From NCBI RefSeq assembly GCF_008831285.2, contig NC_045138.2, positions 25,792,001 through 25,856,000 on the forward strand: a stretch of DNA of 64,000 nucleotides, in the 5' to 3' direction. The stretch comes from Nymphaea colorata (lineage: Eukaryota). The translations under genes were made by a program, and so were the position numbers. Within the stretch, counting starts at the first letter, position 1, and the number at the start of each line of letters is the position of its first letter. The notes under the pieces are model-generated. The model worked only from the letters and a program-made list of their open reading frames with translations. It made no database searches and was not told where the DNA came from. Shown piece after piece: positions 12,935-25,218 of the stretch.

Positions 12935-14389
12935 TCATCTGCACGTCACGCCGCCACTGCCGCTTGTCCATTCTTCAACCAAAGCTGACAGATTGGAGTC
13001 GGAAGAACCTCCTCCCTGCATCGCTGCCCTCCCCATCTCCTTCATCATCTTCATCTTCTCTCTAACTCTCTTGCCTTCCTCTCCCTCCATTAGACTCACC
13101 ACCACCATCTCCAACTCCTCCCCTTTCACCAGCCCGTCGGCCACATGGTCCTCCTTCCTCACGCACAAGCTCAGCCCCATGTCCTTCTCCAACACGAACG
13201 CGTTCATCCTCTGCTCCGCGTCGAGCGGCCAACCGATGAGGGGCACCCCGAACCAGACGCTCTCCAGCGTCGAGTTCCACCCGCAGTGCGACACGAACCC
13301 ACCGATCGCCGGATGCGACAGAATGGCGAGCTGCGGCACCCACCCCGCCCACACTAGCCCCCTCTCCTGGGTCCTCTCCACGAACCCTGCCGGCAGCACC
13401 TCGTCTAGGTCCGCGTCACAGGGCATGAACCTGTGACCTTGACCCAGCCGTGTCCGCACCGACCAGAGAAACCTGTGCCCACTGAGCTCAAGCCCTCGAG
13501 CCATCTCCCTCACTTGCTCCACAGGCAGCGCGCCCATGCTGCCGAAGCACAAGAACACGACCGATGAGTGGGACTGCTGGTTGAGCCACCTGATGCAGTC
13601 ATGGTCCGAGCAGTCCATGCCTGCGTCCAGTCCCAGCAATGGACCCACTGCGCGCACCGGAGGGATCAGCCCACCGGGGGCGCATTTTCCTTGTAGCAGA
13701 GCTTTCATGGCTTTGCACTCCAGCTCCTCAAAGGTGTTGATGATGATGCCCTTGGCGTCGGACAACCTCCGGGAATGGTAGAGGAACCACCTGTACTCCT
13801 CTCCATCCCTGCCGTCCAACAACGGAGACGGCAGCTTCAGAGCTGGGATGGGCGACATGCCGGGAACCTCGATGTTATTTTTCGAGTCTCTGAACTCCCA
13901 CTTGATTTTTCGGTCGAGGTGAGGAAGGTGGAGCATGAGAGCCGCCAGAGCTGCGCCGGAAGTGAAGAAGACGTAGGCCGGGATGCCGAGCTCCGCGGCG
14001 ACGTCGATCACGGAGGTGCAGACGAAGTCGACGATGAAGGAAGAAACGGTGGTGGTGGAAGTGAGGGATAGGAGTGCGTCCAAGACGGTAGGCTTGTGCA
14101 TGTCGGCGTAGACAGAGAGTAGAGTAAGGCCTTGCATGCCTTCCGGATGGGTGAGTTGGATGGGAGGGAGCTCGACGAACCGGACGTCGAGGCCGGAGGC
14201 AGCTGCGTCACCGGCGGCTGCAGCGACGAAGGAGGAGGAGGCGGCAGGGGAGAAAGGGTGGCGCATCAGGAGGATGGTGACGGAGAGGTTGGTGCGGCGA
14301 AGGGCTATGTGTTTGGCGAGTTGGATGGTTGAGACGAGGTGGCTGATCAGGGGTGCCGGGAAGATCACCACACTCTTCTTCATCTTCAT
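12935..14389 (-). CDS. UDP-glycosyltransferase, group E (UGT71/88-like), intronless, ~484 aa (UGT-B)
   Basis: First ATG at 14389 (alternative 14383), right after a (GAA)n tract. SHLVS His, VDFVC Asp, PSPG box ending WPLDAEQ. Confidence 0.93.
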   Translation of the reverse strand: MKMKKSVVIFPAPLISHLVSTIQLAKHIALRRTNLSVTILLMRHPFSPAASSSFVAAAAGDAAASGLDVRFVELPPIQLTHPEGMQGLTLLSVYADMHKPTVLDALLSLTSTTTVSSFIVDFVCTSVIDVAAELGIPAYVFFTSGAALAALMLHLPHLDRKIKWEFRDSKNNIEVPGMSPIPALKLPSPLLDGRDGEEYRWFLYHSRRLSDAKGIIINTFEELECKAMKALLQGKCAPGGLIPPVRAVGPLLGLDAGMDCSDHDCIRWLNQQSHSSVVFLCFGSMGALPVEQVREMARGLELSGHRFLWSVRTRLGQGHRFMPCDADLDEVLPAGFVERTQERGLVWAGWVPQLAILSHPAIGGFVSHCGWNSTLESVWFGVPLIGWPLDAEQRMNAFVLEKDMGLSLCVRKEDHVADGLVKGEELEMVVVSLMEGEEGKRVREKMKMMKEMGRAAMQGGGSSDSNLSALVEEWTSGSGGVTCR

Positions 14390-14430
14390 CTTCTTCTTCT
14401 TCTTCTTCTTCTTCTCCTTCTCCTTCTTCG
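14375..14430 (-). repeat. (GAA)n-type trinucleotide microsatellite overlapping the UGT-B start
   Basis: Plus strand reads (CTT)n interrupted by CAT and CTC triplets. Confidence 0.9.
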
Positions 14431-16115
14431 TTTCTAGCAAGCTCTATTCTCTGCTCTTGGATGAAAGAGTGGCTGTTGTATAAGTATGCAGATGATGCCG
14501 CTTCTGCGGCAACCAGATTCCTTGTTTTGGACATGTCGCAGTCGGCACGTATAGTAACGTATTAATTCTCAGACTTATGCCTTGCTATTTTCACCAAAGT
14601 TTCCGGTAGCAGATGAGGGCGAGAGAGGGAGACAACGCTGTTTCTTGCATCAAAAACGGGTCCTCGCAGATCTTTCATCATGGATGTCGCCATTTACTTT
14701 TTGAGATTTTCTCAAAGTAATCCTTTCGTTCTAGAGATATTCCCGGAATGAATTTTTTCTTTTTATTAACTCCCAAATCCGTCTTTCTCATTTTAGACAA
14801 AGTCATCCTTCCGTCTTAAAGCACCGATTAACTTGCGTTACACGCTCACTCGTTTCAGGTGCAAAATGGGGACATCTTTGTCGATTATTTTCCCTTCTCA
14901 CCCTCTCGCCTCTTGTGAACCACCAATAACTCGGACTTCTTGTAGAAACATTTGAAGCACGACGCTTAAAAACGCATCGAGCAGGGAGGGAGGGCCGGAG
15001 GAAGAAAAGACCTCCGGTTTCCTCCATTATTGGCTGCGGGTGGTGCCCAAAGCTGGGGATTTACTTTCTGAAAGGCCAAGGCCTGCAGAGAAGGTGGTGT
15101 CCCATTCATGCGTGCGACTAAGAAGACATGCATGATCAGTACTACTGCTTGCAGTCCTGCCCAACAGCCTTATTTCCTGCTCTTCCACTGGTGTTACTCT
15201 TGTCGGCTGTGCCGCGTCTTCCATGCAAGTCTTGTGCCACCAAAGGGTGCAGACGCCTCAGACCTTCAGACTCTGTTCTCCATCTAAATTTGATTAGGTT
15301 TCTGCAATTGTGTGTTTCAACCAGCAATAATTAATGTTGTAAATTTTCTTTTCTGTTTCTTGTTACTTACCTGGAATTAACTTTTCCCGGATTGGCCTGA
15401 AAAATATAACTAAGATTTGAATTTTTGTTAATTTATATATATATATATATATAAAAGAGAAATCCATTAGATAAGAAGGAGCTAAAGAAGCAAAAAGAAA
15501 AATGGACTACACCATCAAGTCTGGTCTCCACATTAAAATCGGTTGTGCCTCTCCATATTATTACTTTTTTATGTTGTGTTGCCATCTTGTCATTGAGCAT
15601 TGCACCTCACGTTGAAACTGGGCGAACTCTACTTTCAGGTGGTTTATTTGAGCTTTCTGATGCATTATTAAGTGAATACTGACTTGGGTTTAATTTTCCG
15701 ACCCTATTGATTCATTGGAGCTTTTGTGGCCGACAAAGGAACAAAACTAGCCGCCATAGTTTTGGACGCTGCATTCATCTATCATACTTGCAAGTACAGA
15801 ACACAGTAATTAATAATTGAGCTTTTTATACTAAGCGTATCTTGCAAGAAATTATCACTATTTGTGAAAAACAACTTTACCTTTTCGCATTTATCATGGG
15901 GCAAGGTAAGCATTGGGGACAATCTGCTCAGCCATTTGATTTTGATTTCAGATTACAAGATGATCGATTGCAAGTGCAGATCTCTTCTATTACTTGTCGG
16001 TGCAAGTTGGTGATCATCTTTTCCATAGTAACGCTAGATGCTACAACACTTCAGAAAAATTAAGAAGGAAAAAAGAAGGACTTGAGAACTGGCCACAAAC
16101 GATTTTACAGAGTTT

Positions 16116-17567
16116 TCATGGACTGGGGATGAGCGAGCCAGAAAGCCATTCATGGACGATATCGGCTAAACTGGTTCCGGAAGACCCGCCATCCTCCATG
16201 GCCCTCCTCCCCAATTCCTTCATCTCTTTCATCTTCTCCCTCACCTTCCTGCCTTCCTCCCTTTCCATCAACGTCCTCACTGCTCTCTCCAACTCTTCCC
16301 CTCTCACCAACCCGCCGTCAGCTGTGCCGCCCCACTCCTTCTCCAGGCCTAACCCCACTCCCAAGTCCCTTACCACCTCTACCTTGTTCATTCTCTGCTC
16401 TGCGTACAAGGGCCAGGCAATCAGGGGCACCCCACACCAGATGCTCTCCAGGATCGAGTTCCACCCGCAGTGTGACACGAACCCACCCGTGGCCCGGTGC
16501 GAGAGAATGGCCACCTGCGGTGTCCACCCACTCCAGACCAGGCCTCGCCCTTTGGTCCGCTCTATGAATCCAGTGGGCAAAGCCTCAAAGGGATCCACAG
16601 TTGGGTGGATGGAGACCCCCGGCCGCCGGTGAGACGGCGGCAGCACCGACCAAAGGAACCGCTGCCCGCTGAGCTCGAGCCCTCGCGCAATCTCCATGAT
16701 CTGCTCCGCTGCAAACGCTCCCCGGCTGCCAAAACAGAGGAATACCACTGACCCATCTGGATGTTCATCCAGCCACTTGAGGCACTCGTGGCTCGGGTCT
16801 CCTACGCCAGACGTGGTTCCGGGATTACCGATCATCGGGCCCACGGCATGCACTGCTGGAGTCCGACCACCGGGAAGGCACTCCCCTTCTGCCAACGCCT
16901 TGAAGGCCGTCGGCTCCAGTTCACGGAAGCTGTTCACGAGGATGCCTCTTGCCTCTGGCAAGCGCTTGCAGTGGTAGAGGAACCACTGGTATTCGTCGTC
17001 CTTCCGGTCTAGCAAGGTGGCCACCGGCAGATCCCGAGGATCCACCGGCAACATTCCCGGAACTTCGAGCTTTGTCGTCAGCTCCCGAAACTCCGGCTTT
17101 GTTTCAAGGTCGAGCTTCGGGAGGTGGAGCATCAGCGCCAACTGAACGGCGCTGGACGTAAAAAAGATGTAGGTTGGGATGCCGAGGCTCGTGGCGACGT
17201 CGATGGCGTTGGTGCAGAAGAAGTCGATGAGGAAGGCCGAGATGGGGGTGGAGGAGGCCTGCAGGGACCGCAGCGCGTCGGAGAGCGACGGCCGATGCAA
17301 TTCTGTGTAGAGCGATAACCGAGTCAAGGGTTTGATCTTCTCAGGGTTAGCGAGTTCCACCGGCGGGAGGTCAATCGAATCGATGCCGACGCCGGAGGCC
17401 TTATCGGCAGCGATGCTGGCGGCAGCGTTGGCAGTGGAGAAGAGGGGGGTGCTCATGAATATGATGGTGAAGGACAGACCAGGGCATTGGACAGCCAAGC
17501 GCTTGGCCAGTTGGATCATGGGAGGTAGATGGCCATGGAAGGGCGCGGGGAACACCACCACCTTCAT
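16116..17567 (-). CDS. UDP-glycosyltransferase, group E (UGT71/88-like), intronless, 483 aa (UGT-C)
   Basis: ATG at 17567 (MKVVVFPAPFHGHL), IDFFC, PSPG WTPQVAILSHRATGGFVSHCGWNSILESIWCGVPLIAWPLYAEQ. Confidence 0.95.
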   Translation of the reverse strand: MKVVVFPAPFHGHLPPMIQLAKRLAVQCPGLSFTIIFMSTPLFSTANAAASIAADKASGVGIDSIDLPPVELANPEKIKPLTRLSLYTELHRPSLSDALRSLQASSTPISAFLIDFFCTNAIDVATSLGIPTYIFFTSSAVQLALMLHLPKLDLETKPEFRELTTKLEVPGMLPVDPRDLPVATLLDRKDDEYQWFLYHCKRLPEARGILVNSFRELEPTAFKALAEGECLPGGRTPAVHAVGPMIGNPGTTSGVGDPSHECLKWLDEHPDGSVVFLCFGSRGAFAAEQIMEIARGLELSGQRFLWSVLPPSHRRPGVSIHPTVDPFEALPTGFIERTKGRGLVWSGWTPQVAILSHRATGGFVSHCGWNSILESIWCGVPLIAWPLYAEQRMNKVEVVRDLGVGLGLEKEWGGTADGGLVRGEELERAVRTLMEREEGRKVREKMKEMKELGRRAMEDGGSSGTSLADIVHEWLSGSLIPSP

Positions 17568-17954
17568 TGCAGTCGATGCACCGTCGATCAGATCTTCTTT
17601 AGCTTGTTCTGCTTCCACCCAAACTAGATTGCTTGCTCTTACATCGAAATTTTGGTTTCCACTAGTTGGGCATAATACCGTTCTCTATCATAGTTTCTAT
17701 TATTGTATTGCCTTGTGAGAGAGTCGTTAAGCATTTTGGTGGACATATATCACGTGTATTGCTTTTGCCCAAAACAACAATGAAAAATACAAAATAAGTG
17801 TGGAGCTTTTGTCGTCGATGTAGGTCTCAGTAGACCGAATTAAATCTTGCTTGTTTTTTGTCCTTCTTTTTCTTTACATGATATCAGAGCAAGTTTACCT
17901 CTAAATTTTGAAACCGCGGCAGATTTCAGCCACCGGCGCTGTCAACTTCGGTGG

Positions 17955-18210
17955 CGGTTTTGATCAAGCATAGGCTCGTTGAAATCGTCTGCATCTAAGG
18001 ATTCTTCCTGCAAAATTTCAGATTGGAGCATTCGTTGAAGAGATAAGCATTTTTCTTTGGTTACTGTTTTTTTCGTTTTACAGTATCTGTGAAATCTGAA
18101 ACTGCACCAAATTCCAGCGATGGTTTGGGTCGAGCATAGGCTCGTTGGAAGCGTTTGTATCTGAGGAATCTCACACAAAATTTCAGATCTTTTGGAGCAG
18201 CGGTGAAGGA
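17955..18210. repeat. Degenerate ~165-bp-period direct repeat, probably transposon-derived, upstream of UGT-C
   Basis: AGCATAGGCTCGTTG...ATCT.AGGA.TCT...CAAAATTTCAGAT...TGGAGCA occurs at ~17967 and ~18132. Not seen in the paralogous UGT-D upstream region. Confidence 0.6.
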
Positions 18211-18569
18211 GGTATGAATTTTTTATTGACCGCCGGTAGCATTGGATTCCAGCACATGTCTAGTATTTTTTATATAAATTTCAGAATTTTTGAATGATTC
18301 TATAAGCAGTTGCTGAATTTACAAGTGGAGAGGGTCTGACTGCAAATTCTTGCTAAAGAGAACGGCAATATGCCCAACTGGTGGAAACAATAAAGGAAAT
18401 TGGATTCTTCAACACTACCAATGGACGAATTGTAACAGCCGGACTGCTGGCGAGATTTTCATGTGCTTGGGGTTTAAAGACTTATTATTGAAATACCTCA
18501 GGTCTTTGTCGACGAGTTGAAAATGTTCCATAATTTTTCCAGTCGCATGAATGAAGAAAAGTTTTTCTG

Positions 18570-18709
<140 letters not shown>

Positions 18710-20011
18710 CCTTAAGCTTGGAACACGGCGGCAAATATTGTTTCTACACTTAGCTTAATTCAAAATATTAGTAATAAAGAATCTTATTCGACCACCTTTT
18801 ATTTAATGATACTGAATAGAGGTAGACGTCGATAATAAGTCAACATGAGATCATTTACATGAGGACTATTGTCCCGCACCTTTCGGGGTGGGACAAAATT
18901 TTCGAAAATATTTTTTCGAAAACAAGCCAATGGTTACTTTTTTTCATTGTCGTTTTGATAAACAGGAATGCATTTGTAATTTTTGAATTTTCTTTCGAAT
19001 TTCACAGTAAATTTCCAAGGTATCAAACACAACCTAAGCGTTTCGATATGAATGAAAATGCTGATCTTAAAAGTGTTCATAATTTATTACAAACTAGATT
19101 ATTTTGGGCAATTCTTCCCCCTGTTATTTTGTATAATATTAGAAAACAGGGAGACAAAAGTTTTTGCTTAGAAACTAAAATGGATTGGAGTACTTGGATG
19201 GTTACCTTGCTTATCAAGTTATTATTGAATTTTGATGCCACAAATTTTCCTAATCTTCCATTATCCAAAAGATATTTAAGGGGTATAGTGTGACTCCTTG
19301 GACTAGTAAGAGGGTGAAAGTCAGGTCATCAGTTTCATTTACGGGGTGCTATTCCGGATTGCAAATGGCGGCGGACACCACTTTTAAGTTGAACCAGTGG
19401 ACTGTCAAAACATTAACGCAAAATGTTGCTTTTCTGGACTACAAATGGTGGCTACACAACGTAACATTCGAATTGAAGAATGTACACCAACTAACTCCCA
19501 AAGAGAGTGGAGAAGCCTCTTGTGAACTGACACTGTCAATAACTCTGGCTTCTTGTGTATGTGTATATCAGTGGACATTTGGAAGATTGAAACCTAGCAG
19601 TCTCCCATCTTCCTGTATTATAAAGCACCATACTAAAAAACTACATCGCGCATGGAAGGAGGTAGAAAAGTTCTCCAGTTTCCTGCAGTTTTGGCTGTGG
19701 GCCTGCCAAATTTCCAGCCATTTTCATATTAACTGTAGCCCAAAGATGTCGAATGCCTTCTTTAGCATCCCCATGAAAGGCATGCAGAAAAGATGGTATC
19801 CTATTCATGCATGCAACCAGGAGGAGCAGAGTTAGGAATTTTTTATCAAGAAACTGAACTATAATTTCAAAATTTTAACAAGAACCAAATATAATCTTTC
19901 AAAATTTTTATTGAGGACAAACTAAAACTTTTAAAACTATAAATCAAATTTTGATCTCTTCGAAACCAAAGTGAGGTCATGACCCCTGCCTGGCTGTGCC
20001 AACTAAAAAAA

Positions 20012-23000
20012 CATGCATGATCAGTACTACTGAGCCTTGTCTCTTCTTGCACTGTCGTTACTCTTGTCGGCCAAGCCGCGTCTTCCATGGGGGCGTTGGT
20101 GCCACCAAAGGTGCAGATGGCTCAGACCGTCAGACTTTGATCTGCATCTAAATTTCATTAGGCTGTTCTGCCATTGTGAGTTTCATCCCAGCAATTTAAT
20201 GCTGTGAATCTTCTTTCCTGAAATTAATTCTTCCCGGATCGGACTCAAAAAAATATAACTTGACGTTTGAATTCAACTTTGTTCATTTCAAATTCTCTTC
20301 CTCTCTTATATGCATATATATAAGGGCATCCATTGAACAAGAGGGAGACCGATGAGAAAAGGGAAGAACACCTTTGCCAGCTTCACGTCGTCAGTCATTA
20401 TTTATTAATTTTTCATGTTGTGTTGTCATTTTGTTGTCGAACACTTCACCTAACGTTGAATAAGCTGGACGAGCTCTAATTTGTTGTTTTTTTTTTTTTT
20501 ACTTTCTAATACATTATCATTTTAGTACTGTATTGAATAACTGAATGCTAATTTTCCCACCACATTGATTCTTCGAAGAAATTGTGTTTGACTAGCCACC
20601 TTAGTTTTGAACGCTGCAGTAATTGCGCATACTTACAATTACAGAACGCTATAATTAATCATTGACCATTTTTGCTAAGCGTGTCTTTCGTGAAATTATT
20701 ATTTGTAAAGAACAAAGTTAACCTTTTCACATTTACCATGGCGCAAGGTAAAGGTAAAGGTAAACTACTAATTGAATTGCAGAGAATCTTCTCAGCCATT
20801 TTATTTCAGAGGAAGAAAACGATTGATTGGAAATGAAGGTCTCTTCTAGTACACGTAGGTGCAAGTTGGAGATCTTATTTTCAAAGGCAACGACGCTAGA
20901 TGTCACAACATTTCAGGAACTGGCTGGAAAAGTTTTTTCAGAGATTTCATGGACTAGGGATGAGCGAGCTGCCCTCGACCCATTCATGGATCACATCGGC
21001 TAAACTGGTTTCGGAAGACCCGCCATCCTCCACGGCCCTCCTCCCCAACTCCTTCATCTCCTTCATCTTCTCCCTCACCTTCCTGCCTTTCTCGCTTTCC
21101 AACAACGTCCTCACTGCTCTCTCCAACTCCTCCCCTCTCACCAACCCGCCGTCGGAGCCGTCGCCGCCTTCCTTCTCCAGGCCCAACCCCACTCCTATGT
21201 CCCTCACTATCTCCACTGCGTTCATTCTCTGCTCTGCGTACAAAGGCCAGGCAATGAGGGGCACCCCAAACCAGACGCTCTCTAAGGTCGAGTTCCACCC
21301 GCAGTGCGACACGAACCCACCCGTCGCCCGGTGCGAGAGTATGGCCACCTGCGGCGTCCACCCACTCCAGACCAGGCCCCGCCCTTTGGTCCGCTCGATG
21401 AATCCAGTGGGCAAAGCCTCAAAGGGATCCACAGTTGGGTGGATGGAGACCCCCGGCCGCCGGTGAGACGGCGGCAGCACCGACCAAAGGAACCGGTACC
21501 CGCTGAGCTCGAGCCCACGCGCGATCTCCCTGATCTGCTCCGCTACAAACGCTCCCCGGCTGCCAAAACAGAGGAATACCACTGACCCATCTGGATGTTC
21601 ATCCAGCCACTTGAGGCACTCGTGGCTCGAGTCTCCTACGCCAGACGTGGTTTCGGGATTACCAATCATCGGGCCCACGGCATACACTGCTGGAGTCCGA
21701 CCACCAGGAAGGCACTCCCCTTCTGCCAGCGCCTTGAAGGCCGTCGGCTCCAGGTCGAGGAAGCTGTTCACGAGGATGCCTCTTGCCTCTGGCAAGCGCT
21801 TGCAGTGGTAGAGGAACCACTTGTACTCGTCGTTCTTTCGGTCTAGCAAAACGGGCGCCGGCAGGTCCCGAGGATCCACCGGCAACATTCCCGGAACTTC
21901 AAGCTTTGTCGTCAACTCCCGAAACTCCGACTTTGTTTCAAGGTCGAGCTTCGGGAGGTGGAGCATCAGGGCCAACTGAACGGCGCTGGACGTGAAAAAG
22001 ATGTAGGTTGGGATGCAGAGGCTCGTGGCGACGTCGATGGCGTTGGTGCAGAAGAAGTCGATGAGGAAGGCCGAGATGGGGGTGGAGGAGGCCTGTAGGG
22101 ACCGCAGCGCGTCGGAGAGCGACGCACGATGAAACTCTGTGTAGAGCGATAACTGAGTCAAGGGTTTGATATTCTCAGGGTTAGCGAGTTGCACCGACGG
22201 GATCTCAATGGAGTCGATGTCGACTCCGGAGGCCTTCTCCGCGGCGATGCTGGCGGCGGCGTTGGCCGTGGAGAAGGAGGGGGTGCCCATGAGTATGATG
22301 GTGAAGGACAGACTTGGGCACTGGACGGCGAAGCGCTTGGCCAGTTGGATCATGGAAGGCAGATGGCCTTGGAAGGGCGCGGGCAACACCACCACCTTCA
22401 TGGCAGCCGGCCTACTTTCGACGAAGCTGGCTACTATTGAGCGTGCTCTGCTTCTTCTTTTTGCTCTTAAATAATGAAAATTTTGGTTTTCAGTAAGGTT
22501 CATCTTACACATGAGAAGCACCAAACAAGTGTTGCATCTTAGGACACGAGGGGTTGAATAGATCCCAAAAATAATAAAAAAATGTACAGTTATGTGTCCC
22601 CACTCATTTTTTCTATGGTTGCCTTTCGTCTTAGTACATGAATCAATAAATGTCAATTACTTATTGCTCAAACCAAACTCGCGTCAAAACATAAAGAGGC
22701 CACGGCAAACTGGAGTTCTATCTTTTTTTTCCTGTAAAAGAGCCACCTGTATAAAGAAAATTTTGAAAATGAGACGAGCTTCAACCACATTTGCAAACTC
22801 GAATAGGTTGAATAAATTTCCTCTTGCTAAAGTCTGCCAACTACTTTCTATTACTTCTCAGGTCGATGTCCACCTAAATCATCGTTAGTCTCACTCTCCT
22901 CTTTTTTTCCGTTTCTTGTTTGTTTTGTTTGCCCGAATTCTGCAACGATGGTGACAACTTGTAACCCAATTTTTTGGCTTACTGCATCTTCCTTTGATCG

Positions 23001-23283
23001 AGTTTGCTTCACTGCCTTCGTCCATCCTCACTCAGAAGCTTGGCTGTTTGGGAGAAAGAATATCAAATCAGGAAGGTTGGCAGCGACGATGAGGTAGATA
23101 TGATTTGATGTCTTCCGCCTACCATCATTCCCGTTTTGTTCTTTCCAACGATCCAAGTTACATCATCAATATATGGTTTTAGCCATTTTCTTTACCATTA
23201 TAATCAGCACATACAGAATCTAGAGAGAGAGAGAGACAGATGAAGCTTGGAGCACAGCCGCAAATATTACTTCTAAACTTAGC
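20012..23283. repeat. Tandem segmental duplication, copy 2 (UGT-D plus flanks)
   Basis: Same anchors as copy 1. Offset is about 4.83-4.89 kb on the left and about 4.5 kb on the right. Confidence 0.85.
20947..22401 (-). CDS. UDP-glycosyltransferase, group E (UGT71/88-like), intronless, 484 aa (UGT-D)
   Basis: ATG at 22401 (MKVVVLPAPFQGHL) aligns with the UGT-C start. PSPG WTPQVAILSHRATGGFVSHCGWNSTLESVWFGVPLIAWPLYAEQ. Confidence 0.95.
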   Translation of the reverse strand: MKVVVLPAPFQGHLPSMIQLAKRFAVQCPSLSFTIILMGTPSFSTANAAASIAAEKASGVDIDSIEIPSVQLANPENIKPLTQLSLYTEFHRASLSDALRSLQASSTPISAFLIDFFCTNAIDVATSLCIPTYIFFTSSAVQLALMLHLPKLDLETKSEFRELTTKLEVPGMLPVDPRDLPAPVLLDRKNDEYKWFLYHCKRLPEARGILVNSFLDLEPTAFKALAEGECLPGGRTPAVYAVGPMIGNPETTSGVGDSSHECLKWLDEHPDGSVVFLCFGSRGAFVAEQIREIARGLELSGYRFLWSVLPPSHRRPGVSIHPTVDPFEALPTGFIERTKGRGLVWSGWTPQVAILSHRATGGFVSHCGWNSTLESVWFGVPLIAWPLYAEQRMNAVEIVRDIGVGLGLEKEGGDGSDGGLVRGEELERAVRTLLESEKGRKVREKMKEMKELGRRAVEDGGSSETSLADVIHEWVEGSSLIPSP

Positions 23284-23806
23284 AAATGGTGGTAAAAATT
23301 ACTATTGAGTTGAAGGGAGTGATCGTAAGTTCACCCAGATCCTAAAGTTGTCTCTTTGAGATATATCTCCAAGATCTCGCCTGAAAAAGGTTTTACAACC
23401 AGGCAAAGCCAAAAGTTCAACAAAAACAAGATAAGAGAAGGTTTTAAAAGGTGAAAATCCAAAGAGAAAATGGTAAAAGTGGATCTGAAAGCAAATAATG
23501 CTGACAAGTAGGCAGACGACAGATCCTGGCTAATCGATTCATATGCATCAGCAAAACGACATCTAATGTGTGCATAATGGTGATAAAGATATATGCTGGA
23601 TTAATGTATGCAATAAAGTGGATATACATTGTGTCCATTTTAAGGGAATTCCCGTCGCATTTTATGCGCCCAAAAACCATCAATCTGGACAAGTTAACTC
23701 ATGCGGATGCTTTCTCTTATTGAAAAAACTTTTAAACTCATGTTTCTCCCCTCGGATTCTTCTCTACCTTTAAAAGTAAAAATAGTTCTAGAAGGATGTT
23801 TACTTA

Positions 23807-24122
23807 GCGGGCCTTTGGATGACACCCTCCTCTAACTCAGTTTTGTAAAAACTTAGTTTTATGGAAAGCAAGTTTTTTAATGAATTTAAGAAACTTTGTT
23901 TTTTTTTTTTTTTTTTTTTAGATGACACATACAAATCTCGGTTTTTGAATAACCTAAAGGGATCAGGTTTTTCACTCCCTTTTACAAAACCAAGTTTTGA
24001 CAAAACTGGGTTCAAACCCCGTTTCAATGGCACCCAAGTACTCCAAAACCTGATTTTGGAGGTAAAACTAAGTTTTGCCTCTAAAACCTGGTTAGGTTTT
24101 AGAGTGTCACACAAACACACCC
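23807..24122. mobile_element. Tourist/PIF-Harbinger-like MITE
   Basis: Flanked by TTA on both sides. Degenerate TIR GCGGGCCTTTGGATGACACCCT / AGAGTGTCACACAAACACACCC. Internal AAAACC/GGTTTT motifs. Confidence 0.65.
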
Positions 24123-24908
24123 TTATAAGTTTCTTTTCTAACTTTTAAAAGTAAAAATGGTTCTAGGACTTTTGCTTAGAAGTGAAAGAGAGTATCTTGA
24201 TCAGGATTTGTTTGATGAGGTTGGAATTTTGTGGAATTCTAAAAAATAAAATTCTCATTTCTGATTAAATGAGAATCGCATTGTCAAACAAAGAATTTTG
24301 ATTCTGGAATTATAGGCTCATTTTTAAATTAAAAAAAAAAATAGAATTATAATTCTACCCTAAGGGGTGAAATTATGATTCTAGAATTTTAAGATTTTTT
24401 TCATCTTTCTCTTTAAGGCACATGTCATGATGGTTTTCATTCATCAATTGTAGAATTTAATTCATATTTTATCCAACACATCATTTTCAAATCTCTGAAA
24501 ACCAAATTTCAGACAGACTATTAATCACATAGGACAATTAGAACTGAAAGTTTCATTGCAATTCCACTTTGTGGTGGTATTTTGTTTTTGAATTTTAATT
24601 CTACAATCAAAATTTAAGGTCCTCAAGCGGCACCTAGAGATCAACATATGGAACCATGCTATTGAAAAACATTAATGTCAAAATATTGATAAACCACTTT
24701 CACTAACATAGACTATATGGTCCATGATTGGTGACTTTAGAGTCACTATATCTGGACTGTCCTTGTATTTTCAATTTTCTTACTCTTACTCCTCTCCCAC
24801 CACCTAAATTTTAAACTTGACTTGCTGGTAGGGTAGATAGAGAAAGTGGTAAATTTTTGAGACTATAGTTTGACCACTTTAATGAAAATCTTTTAGCTCC
24901 CCCAAGGG

Positions 24909-25218
24909 TAAGGGTGAACACGAGCCGGCCTGAGCTTGGTCAGTTCGAACTCGGCTCAACTTCTATTTTGCACAGCTCGAGCTCGAATCAAGTTAAATAA
25001 TGTTAACTTGAGCTCGGCTCGGTGAAGCATGTCAAACCTCGAACTCGAGCTCATGTAACGCGAACAGAAAAAGATTGCAGTGTGCTTGTTGCAGGGAGAC
25101 GGCAGTGGTGGGGGAAGGGCCTGGTTGAAAAATCAGCTCGAGGTCCGCTCGTTTATGAAAATAGTCGACTCAAACTCTATCACAAGCCGAGCTTTAAGAG
25201 CCTTGTTGTTCACCCCTA
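24909..25218. mobile_element. hAT-type MITE (310 bp) with CGAGC/GCTCG subterminal repeats
   Basis: TIR TAAGGGTGAACAC / TTGTTCACCCCTA; 8-bp TSD CCCAAGGG / CCCATGGG. Confidence 0.85.

Noticed and set aside
18859..19835. 144-aa and 181-aa ORFs between UGT-C and UGT-D
   Set aside because: AT-rich, no recognisable domain or splice structure; probably chance ORFs or decayed repeats.
22402..22656. 85-aa N-terminal extension of UGT-D, and the 17-aa extensions of UGT-B and UGT-C in the ORF track
   Set aside because: AT-rich or microsatellite sequence without UGT homology. The paralogues align from MK(V/S)VV, and the UGT-B and UGT-C extensions begin at non-ATG codons.
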